From contig JBBKVU010000421.1 of assembly GCA_037968595.1 (NCBI GenBank), forward strand, positions 1 through 42,409: a DNA stretch of 42,409 nucleotides, in the 5' to 3' direction. The notes beneath the pieces are model-generated. The model did no database searches. It was not told where the DNA came from and worked only from the letters and a program-made list of their open reading frames with translations. Position 1 is the stretch's first letter. Every line of letters starts with the position of its first letter. The DNA comes from Comamonas sp. (lineage in GTDB: Bacteria > Pseudomonadota > Gammaproteobacteria > Burkholderiales > Burkholderiaceae_C). Of the stretch, positions 1-8,400 are shown piece after piece. The position numbers were made by a program, and so were the translations under genes.

Positions 1-75
1 GTCGCGCTGCGCGCGCCGGGCCGGCGCCTGCTGCGCGAGGCGCGCGACACGGCGGCCCATGTCTGCCAGCCCTGA
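1..75 (+). CDS. 3' end of a probable host gene (partial)
   Basis: Frame 1 is open (VALRAPGRRLLREARDTAAHVCQP*) with GC-rich codons and TGA at 73-75; lies outside the att site. Confidence 0.35.
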   Translation, partial: VALRAPGRRLLREARDTAAHVCQP

Positions 76-145
76 TGGCCTTGGCAGCGCGCCGAAACAA
101 TGCCTTGTGCCGCGGAGACTGAAAGCATGGCAGCGGTGAAGACGC

Positions 146-171
146 AAAAAAGCCCGCCATGAAGCGGGCTT
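146..171 (-). terminator. Rho-independent terminator, probably the native guaA terminator
   Basis: Stem AAGCCCGC/GCGGGCTT with 6-nt loop; A-run 146-151 gives a U-tract on the - strand, about 45 nt downstream of the guaA-like stop. Confidence 0.75.
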
Positions 172-217
172 GGCAGGCTTGCGTTGCGCTCAGCTCGGGC
201 AACGGGCTAGCGCGGGA

Positions 218-235
218 TCACTCCCATTCGATTGT
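218..235 (-). other. Prophage att core: displaced 3' end of guaA (GMP synthase)
   Basis: Minus strand reads ACA ATC GAA TGG GAG TGA = TIEWE*, the conserved GuaA C-terminus (PPATIEWE*); the sequence upstream is not guaA. The guaA 3' end is a known integration site for tyrosine-integrase elements. Confidence 0.75.
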
Positions 236-292
236 AAATAGCACTCTAAAACCTAGTTCCCATGCGGGCTAGAGTCAGATAACGGCGCGCCA

Positions 293-311
293 TACCAGCA
301 TTAGTACCATC
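293..311 (+). repeat. Possible integrase arm-type sites
   Basis: Direct repeat TACCAGC-N5-TACCATC about 60 bp inside the att core. Confidence 0.35.
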
Positions 312-441
312 GGGAAAAGAACGCTGGATTTGCTCAGCTCGCAACCTCAATGGTTGTCTGCATCACGCCTAAGTCAAGGCGCCGACACTACCACAGTGGC
401 TACAAAATTTATTGCTCAGGCCTCTATACCCAGCATCTATA

Positions 442-457
442 CTGTGCATCCATACAG
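442..457 (+). promoter_or_regulatory. LexA (SOS) box
   Basis: CTGT-GCATCCAT-ACAG matches CTGT-N8-ACAG, overlaps a -10-like TATACT (438-443) and ends 10 bp before the umuD ATG. Confidence 0.85.
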
Positions 458-466
458 GTATCGCAC

Positions 467-907
467 ATGTCTTTCCTACCCATCCACAACCAACCCGTGC
501 CCGTCACGGGCACGCCCTGCCTGGTCCTTCTGGTCGGCGACTGCGTGCGCGCCGGCTTTCCAAGCCCAGCCGAGGACTTTGCCGCAACACGCATCGACCT
601 CACCGCAGAGCTGATCACCCATCCTCAAGCCACCTTCATGATCCGCGTCTCGGGCGAGTCGATGATCGAGGCAGGGATCGCGGATGGTGACGTGCTGATC
701 GTGGACCGGGCGCTGAAGCCCGAGCATGGCAGCGTGGTCGTGGCCATCGTTGACGGCGAATTCACCGTGAAATACCTGCACCAGCGGTTCGGACAGTTCA
801 AGCTGCGCGCAGCCAACCCCACCTATCCAGACATCGTGCCGCGGGAAGGTCAGATGGTCGAAGTCTGGGGCGTGGTCACCGCCAGCATCAAGCGTTTTCG
901 GAAATAG
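467..907 (+). CDS. umuD: UmuD-like S24 peptidase (Pol V accessory subunit)
   Basis: RAGFPSPAED Ala-Gly cleavage site, GESM catalytic Ser, TVK catalytic Lys; start moved to ATG 467 downstream of the SOS box. Confidence 0.92.
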   Translation: MSFLPIHNQPVPVTGTPCLVLLVGDCVRAGFPSPAEDFAATRIDLTAELITHPQATFMIRVSGESMIEAGIADGDVLIVDRALKPEHGSVVVAIVDGEFTVKYLHQRFGQFKLRAANPTYPDIVPREGQMVEVWGVVTASIKRFRK

Positions 908-909
908 CC

Positions 910-2205
910 ATGTTCGCACTTGTCGACGGCAACAACTTCTATGTGAGTTGTGAGCGCGTGTTTCGGCCAGCGCTCATCGGGCGGCCCGTGATCGTGCTCA
1001 GCAACAACGACGGGTGTGCGATCGCACGCAGCGACGAGGCCAAGGCCCTGGGCGTCAGGATGGGTCAGCCCTGGTTCGAGATTCGACACTTGGCAGACAC
1101 GGACGGCCTGGTCGCCCTTTCAGCAAACTTCGCGCTCTACGGCGACATGAGCGACCGCATGATGTCGTTGGCGTCAGGCCTGGGCCCGACGCAAGAGATT
1201 TACAGCATCGACGAATCGTTCATCGGCCTGCACGGCGTTCGCGATGTCACGCGCCGCGCCTGGGCGGTGCGCGAGCGCATCGATCGATGGGTCGGAATTC
1301 CTTGCGGCGTAGGCATCGCGCCGACGAAGACCTTGGCCAAGCTCGCAAACCATGTTGCCAAGTCGGCAGAGCGCAAGCCGGGCAGCTATCCCGCCAAGCT
1401 GGCGCGCGTCTGCAACTTCGCCGAGCTGTCGCCCCTCGAGCTGCAGCTGGTGCTCGAGTCCACACCGGTCACCGAGATCTGGGGCGTGGGAAAGCGCATC
1501 GGCGCGGCGCTGGTCGAGGGCGGCATCTGGAATGCGCAGCTGCTGCGCCGGCTCGATCCGTCGACCGTCCGCCGCAAGTGGAGCGTGGTGCTCGAGCGCA
1601 CGGTGCTGGAGCTGCAGGGTCAGAGCTGCATCGAGTTGGACGACGCGCCCGCGCCCAAGCAGATGATCGCGTGCACGCGCTCGTTCGGGCGGCCCGTGAC
1701 CGACCTTCCCCCGCTGATCGAAGCTGTCAGCGCATTCGCAACGCGCGCCGCGGAGAAGCTGCGCAAGCAGGACGGCCGCGCCAGCAAGATCCAGGTCTTC
1801 GCCCACACTTCGCCGCACCGCGAGGGGCCGCGCTTCAGCCGTTCGATTGTGGTGCCGCTGGTGCGCCCGTCCGCGGATACACGCTTGCTTGTCGACGCTG
1901 CCGCCGCCGGCATGCGGGCCATCTACCTGCCCGGTTTCAATCTGATCAAGGCGGGCGTGATCTTGATGGACCTGGTGGGCCCGGATGTGCACCAGGACGA
2001 GCTGGCCTTTGAAGATCCGCCGGCGCGCGATCTGGGTCCACTGATGTCAGCACTGGATGGGATCAATGCGCGCTACGGTAAAGGAACGGTGCATGTGGCC
2101 AGCACTGGCCAGACGCGCGCCAACCAAGACTGGAGCATGCGCCAAGAGCGCCGCACTCCGAGATACACGACCGAGTGGTCGGAACTTCCCACCGCCAGAG
2201 CCTGA
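910..2205 (+). CDS. umuC: Y-family DNA polymerase V catalytic subunit
   Basis: ALVDGNNFYVSCE, LSNNDGC, YSIDESF and C-terminal WSMRQERRTPRYTT motifs. Confidence 0.95.
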   Translation: MFALVDGNNFYVSCERVFRPALIGRPVIVLSNNDGCAIARSDEAKALGVRMGQPWFEIRHLADTDGLVALSANFALYGDMSDRMMSLASGLGPTQEIYSIDESFIGLHGVRDVTRRAWAVRERIDRWVGIPCGVGIAPTKTLAKLANHVAKSAERKPGSYPAKLARVCNFAELSPLELQLVLESTPVTEIWGVGKRIGAALVEGGIWNAQLLRRLDPSTVRRKWSVVLERTVLELQGQSCIELDDAPAPKQMIACTRSFGRPVTDLPPLIEAVSAFATRAAEKLRKQDGRASKIQVFAHTSPHREGPRFSRSIVVPLVRPSADTRLLVDAAAAGMRAIYLPGFNLIKAGVILMDLVGPDVHQDELAFEDPPARDLGPLMSALDGINARYGKGTVHVASTGQTRANQDWSMRQERRTPRYTTEWSELPTARA

Positions 2206-2209
2206 CCCC

Positions 2210-2407
2210 ATGCCGATACACCCCACCCTCCTTTACGTCCCACATGCCGATCGCAGGCGAGAAGAACGAATTCTCGAAGGCCTGCCCAGCGACTACACCG
2301 TGTTCGAGGTGTTCCCGGGCTGCTTTACCGTGCGCGACGCACGCGGGAAGTGCATCTACTTCGGAGGCGGTCCGGTCGAGGTGGTTCGCTCGCCGGCGCC
2401 CTTCTAG
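2210..2407 (+). CDS. Small hypothetical protein (65 aa)
   Basis: ATG 4 nt after the umuC stop; fills the gap to the convergent giant gene. Confidence 0.55.
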   Translation: MPIHPTLLYVPHADRRREERILEGLPSDYTVFEVFPGCFTVRDARGKCIYFGGGPVEVVRSPAPF

Positions 2408-2432
2408 CACCTGCTGCCGGCCCGGGGCCTGG

Positions 2433-5400
2433 TCATCTCTCCAGCGCCAGCGTTTCCTCCACCGCCTTGTTCAGCTGGTACATGCTCTCTTCGATTGCCT
2501 GGTTGATTTCCTTCACCAGATCGCGCTTGTTCGGGTTGTCGCTCGCCTGGATCTTGCGCCGCGCCTTGACCAAGTCCGACACCCGCTTATCGAACACGCC
2601 CGCCGCGCCGTCCAACTTGGCCAGGGGCACGTCTTCCAGAATGGCGCCCACTTCCTCGCCGCGCTCGCTGCGGCCCTTGGCCTCGCTCGAGCTGGTGTTG
2701 ATGCGCCGGATGTTCTCGTAGTAGGCCGAGCTCTCGCCGTTCACCCCTCGCGTGTTGCCATAGATGCGGCCAACCAGCACCAGCTGGTGCGCAGCCAGTT
2801 CCTCGCCTGTCACGGCGGCTGTCGACATCGCTCCCACCTTGTTCAACTCCCGGCCAACGCCGCCGGTGAACTGTTCCACCAGATATTCGATGGCCTCGGG
2901 CGTGGGGCTGAATCCCCCCGGACGCCACTCGTTGCCGCCCGTGGCGCTGTTGGCCAGCTCTGCAATCCACCGGTACGGCGCTGCGGTTGAGTCCTTTGCG
3001 CGCGTGAAGCCGGGCTTTGGATCCTGCTGCGATCGATCTTCCCTGTATATGGATTTGCCGGTCCAGTCCGTGTTCGTCCAGAGGGCGACAACCGGATCGA
3101 GCCAGGTCGGCGTGAGCATCTGGGAAATGTTTTCGGAGCCGCCCAGCGGGTTGTATGCGTTGAGCGCTATCAGCGCCAGGTCGACCAGGTGGCCGCCGCG
3201 GTTCTTGGTCGGGTCATCGTGCATGGCGAAATCCACCATCTTGCGGCCGATGTTCGGGAAAACATGGAAGCCCAGCGGCATGGGCACGGCCACGTAGTCT
3301 TCGCGGCCAAGCGGAATGATGAGGCTGCGCTCTTTGGTGAACTCGGGAATCTTCTTCCACTCGTCATCCGCCCCGCCGCCGCCCATCATCAGCGCGCCGG
3401 CCATGCCGGACATCATGCCCAGCAGCACGCCGCCGATCATCACCTTGCGCCCCGTAGGCCCGGCCAGCGTCTCCAGCAAGCGCTTGTTCCCCTGGATGGC
3501 CGCATTCATGAAAGCGTAGTGGTGCCCCAGCACGGCCACGCGCTTGCCGCGCCGGTTGAAGTTGACCGTGATGTTCTTGGCGATGCTGGCTGCGGAGTCC
3601 CGGCTTTGGCCATGATCCAGCGCAGCCTTGTAGACCGCCAGGCGCGTGGTGGCCTCGAGCGTTTCATTGAAGTCGGAAAGGACCTCCATCAGCGCGCGCC
3701 CAGCCGCCGCGGTCTTGCCCTGGCCCTGCTGGTCGAGCGCCTTCTGCAACGCCTTGGCGCGATCGGCGGGGTCAGCGTACAGATCACGGTAGCCGGTGGT
3801 GCCGCCGTCCAGCTGCATTTGCTCCCACAGCTGAGCCCACTGCCCTTTCCCAGCGCCAGCTTCCTTGCGCTCGCGCCGCAGGTCGGACCAGATCGCAAGG
3901 GAATTCTTCCTGATGTTGCGGAAAACCTCGGCCTGCTGGCCGGCCAGCGGCGTGGTGGACAGCTGCAGCATCGAGCCTTGCACGTCGCGCGCGAAGTTCA
4001 TCACCCCGAACACTGGGTTGTACTGCGTGTTGACGGCTGCAAACCACCGCGTGATGTGGCCCATGGTCCGAGACAGCCAATCCAGTTCATTGGTGTCCAT
4101 GTTCTTGATGGCCAGCGCCAAACGCACAGCGCGTTCGTTGCGCGGGTTGAAAACGATGTACTGGTCTTTGCCGCCGATGCGCAGAGTCACCACATGGTTT
4201 TTATCCTTTACCCCCTGATCCACCACCGTCTTGACCAGTCCTGTGTCCGGGTCGACAACCTTCTTTTTCGGTAGGTCCAGCGACCAAACGTTGTCATCGG
4301 GATTCTGACCCGCAAGCACGTACAGCCGTTTGACCACATTGTTTTTCTCGCCCCGCGTCAGCGCTGTCTCGCGCTGCATCACGATGTGGCCCAGGATATT
4401 GGTCACCTTCTCGTTCGAGCCCGTGCGCTGCTTGCTGGCATCGCCCTTGGTGCTGAAGCCCTGGCCGATGGGGTGCGCCTTGCTCTCTGCGTGGGCTTCG
4501 TCCCGGTGAAGCGGCACATAGTGCTGGTAGGTCTTACGCCAGGCGTCGAGCGTTTCGCCATTCATCAGCCCGTAGCTCTCCAAGGTCTGAAGCGTTGACG
4601 TATTGATCTTGTCCACCCGGCCGGCCAAGTCGTCCATGGCTTTGCGCCTTGCAGGCGCGTAGCTGGTCATGATGGCGTTGGCTTCTTGGTCGCTCATGCC
4701 GGACAGGGACAGACGCTGCTCTTCGGTACCTTCGAAGGCTTGGGCACTAGACCAGCGGTCTTTCTCCATCAAGGCCCGGCCCAGCGCCTTCTGCAACTCC
4801 ACGGTGGGCTTACCGCCTGGGTTGGCGCTCTGGAGTCGCAGCTGCAGGCGGAACTTCTTCACGTCGTTCTCGGCCGCTGCGCGCTTGGCATCGAGTTGCC
4901 GCTGGTTCGGGTTGCGCTCGGCCATCACGCGGTTGGCCTCGGGCGCATGGCGCGCGTGCAGGAACCGCTCGAAGTCCTGGATGTTCACCTTCGCCTCGTT
5001 CAACGCCTTGAGCAGCGGGCGAACCTCGTCGCGCAGGAAGTTCGACGTGCGCTTGGCGACGCGCTTGTGATACAGCTCTTCGCCGCGGTAGGCGTCGCTG
5101 GTCTCGCTGACAGCGCCGTTCAGGGCCTTGATGTTTTCCTGAATGCGCTTGAGGTCGATGAACCGGTCTTGCCAGTTGTACAGCCAGGCATCAACAGACT
5201 TGCGGCTGGTAAGGTCCTTGACCTTGGCCTGCAACTGGGCCAGCTTGGTCTGCTGCGCAGCTGCCGCCTGGGTGCCGTTGCCGCCAGACGTGCGGCTGTA
5301 GAAAATCTGTTTAGCGTCCTCGCCTACGAGTTGACGCGGCTGCCGTAGAGCTTGCTCCAGTATTCCGGGTCTTTGGCCGCTCTCTGTGCGTGCCAAGGTA

Positions 5401-8400
5401 TTGAGGAGAATGCCTCTCCTAATCGAACGGCTCCCAAGGCCTGCCGCTCGCATTCTTGGATGCTCAGATGCCCACCCTCGAAGCACCTCATCATGAAGGC
5501 GTCCGCCTTCAGAGTTTCGGAAGGTTCCGGTTGCGAAGTCATAGCGGGCACGGCGGAATTCAGGGACATATGCAGAAATGGAGGCCAGAGACGCATCAAT
5601 CATGCGCTGGATGTTGCCGATCGTATCACCGTCCCTCCACTTCAGCGCGGGAATCCCAAGCCCGTCGTCGCCCTTCTCTTGGCGCTCGTGCGGCTGCATG
5701 TGGTCCGTGCTGCCATGCTTGATGGCAGAGGAAATCATCGCCTCGAGGCGGCGGCGCATCGCGACGTCCGACAGCCCCGCCGGGTCGCCAATGAAGACCT
5801 TGTCCGCGCTGGCCGCATAGTCCATCAGGGCAGCATAGATAGCACTGCCGCCATCACCCTCATCCAATCGGCTGACGTCCAGCCAGATTTCATCACCCTT
5901 CTCGAACACATAGAAATCTCGTCCCTTGCCCGTGCGAAACAAGAGCTTGCTGTCCGCGCCGCTTTCCTGGCGCTCATCCTGTGCGGTCACATCGCCAACG
6001 AACTTCACAGTGGGATCGATCTGCCGCAAGGCTGCCTCAGCAGTTCCGGCGTGGACCACCGGATTTGCAAACAGCTCGTCGGCCGCTGCCAGTTCGCTCA
6101 TGAACTCCGCGGGAAATGTGTCGAGCGGCGACGAAGCCTGTGCGCCGGAGCGGCTGAAAGACGCCTGCGCCTGCTGACCAGCGCCAGCGCCGCGCTCCAC
6201 CCAGCCGCGCGCCGGCAGGATGTAGGAACGAATGATCTCGTCGTCGGTGAGGGTGCGCCCGCGCATGCCGGGCACATGCTTGCGCACCCAGGTGCGGATG
6301 GCCGCCACGGCGCGGCGCACATAGCCCATCTCGGGTCGGGTTTGCGCCCACTCGGCCAACACTTCCTCGGCGGCATCCAGGCGCTGCTTGGGGTTCTCGT
6401 AGTCAAGCCCATACTCTGCAGCCTTGCGGCGCACGTCGTCCCGCCGAACGGCCGCGATCTGCTCGAGCACTCCATCCAGGTCCTTGCCGAACACACCGCG
6501 CAGCCCGTGGTGGCCCAGCGCCTCATGCATCAACACGCGCGCCGCATCCTGCGGGGTGGGAAGCTGGCTCGCCAGCAGGTAGACCTTGCCGCCGTAATAG
6601 AAGCCCTCTGGATTGCCGACGGCCCCGCCGCTGCGCTGCGCATCATCCGCGAGGCGGGCCGCACGCGGAATTGCGGCGTCGCTCATGTCGTGCGCCACGA
6701 TCACCTCGGGGCCATTGGCCCACGCGGCGCGAATCGCATCCACAGTGGCGCGCACCTTGTTCACTGCCTCGGCCTGTGCTGCGCGGGACTGCTTCGGGGC
6801 CTGGCCCATGATGCGCAGCAGTTGCTCGGCTTGCTCAGGCGTCATGCCTGCGGCCGCGGCAGGATCGGCGGTGCCGTCCTGATCTCCGCGCCGGAAAGGC
6901 ACGTCTTCAAAATCGATGCCTGCCTGCCCACTGATCGCATCTTGCGGATCCTGGCCAAGCTGGAAGTTATCCGCACTGGCATCCATGCGCGCAGCAATCT
7001 CTTTACGCTCGCGGTCGGCCTTGGCATCAGCATCTGCCTTGGCTTCGACCTTCTCGCGCTCGCGGCCGGCCTGGGCCTGCGCATCCTGCTGCGCGGCGAC
7101 TTCCTCGGGCGTGTAGCTGGCCAGCGCCAGCTCGGGCTCTACGGCGCTACTGCTGTCTTCGCCAGCGCCTTGATCGCTGCGGCCATCTTGCTGTCGGCCG
7201 GGATCTTGGGCATCTTGCCCTTCGCTGCGTCCGCCAGGTTCAGCAGCTTCTTGCCCTGCTCGATCTGGTCGCGGTCCCCGTGCTTCGCTCCCTGGTTCAT
7301 CAGGACGGCTGCCAGCAGGGACGCCGCCAGGGGTGCCTCGCTCGCCTTGCGTGGCATCGGGTGCTGGTTGGCTTGGGTTTTGGGTGCGGGCGTCATTGTT
7401 TTGCTGGGTTGGTTGCCCGTTCAGGGCGGAAAGAATGTCAGCCGGGCCGACCTGCTCACCGAACATATCACCGGCGCTGCGGGTCGACAAGGATGCGGCC
7501 AGGTACTGGCGAAGCGATTCCACGACGCGGTCGCGGCCAAGGGCGCGCGTCAGGTAGTGGCCGGAATACAGCATGCGCAGCAGGCCCACTGTCAGCGGGT
7601 CCACCACGTCGCCGGTCTCCATGTCCACCTGGTTGATGGCGTCATAGAGTGATGCGCGCTCGCGCCGCGCCTTCTGTACCAGGCGGATGGCCTGCAGCAG
7701 GCTGCCGGTCACGTCCACTTCCGGATTGATTGCGCCAAGCTCGGCCGCGTGGCGCATGTTCGCCCACTCGCCAGCCACGGCCTTGAGCGACTCGCCAATG
7801 GCGCGGATGTCGTTGTCGGTGCTGCCGAACATGGACTCGACCAGATCGCCGTCGCCATAGGCCTTGTGGACCAGGGCTGCCTGCAGGCGCGTGACGCCGG
7901 CGGGCGACAAGGCACCACTGGCATCCATCATCCCGGCCACGTCCTGGCCCTCGGCCTGCAGCTTGCCGATGAACGCGCGCGCAAAGTCGCGATTGCCGGC
8001 GCTATCCATCTCGCCAGCGCCGAATGCGTCCAGCGTTGCGGCATCCATCAGCGTCGCGTCGGTCGCCGCTTGCTCGGCGGCCGATAGGCCCAGGGATTGG
8101 CTCTGGCTCTTGGCCCCCATGTTGGCCTGGTTGTTTTTCTCCGAATACAGCCGCACCAGCACCGGTGCCTTCATGCCCTCGATCACCCTGGCGTCGATGC
8201 CATGCATGGCGCTGTCGCTGATCAACTCGCGCTTGTAGTTGTCGGCCGTGCCGCGCTCGTAGGCGGCGCGCAGGCCCGCGGTGCGGCCGTTGTTCAGCGC
8301 TTTCACTACGCCCGGGTGCGCACTGTCGAACATGGGGTTGGCATTGCCATCGGCAAAGTTGGACGGCTGCACATCGGCCGCCTCCATCACCGCATACTGG

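Noticed and set aside
167-186. Ninth copy of the late motif (CAAGCCTGCCAA)
   Set aside because: Lacks CGTRC and the final T, lies outside the att site and overlaps a terminator.
350-466. N-terminal extension of UmuD from 350
   Set aside because: It would run through the SOS box and -10; ATG 467 gives a typical 146-aa UmuD.
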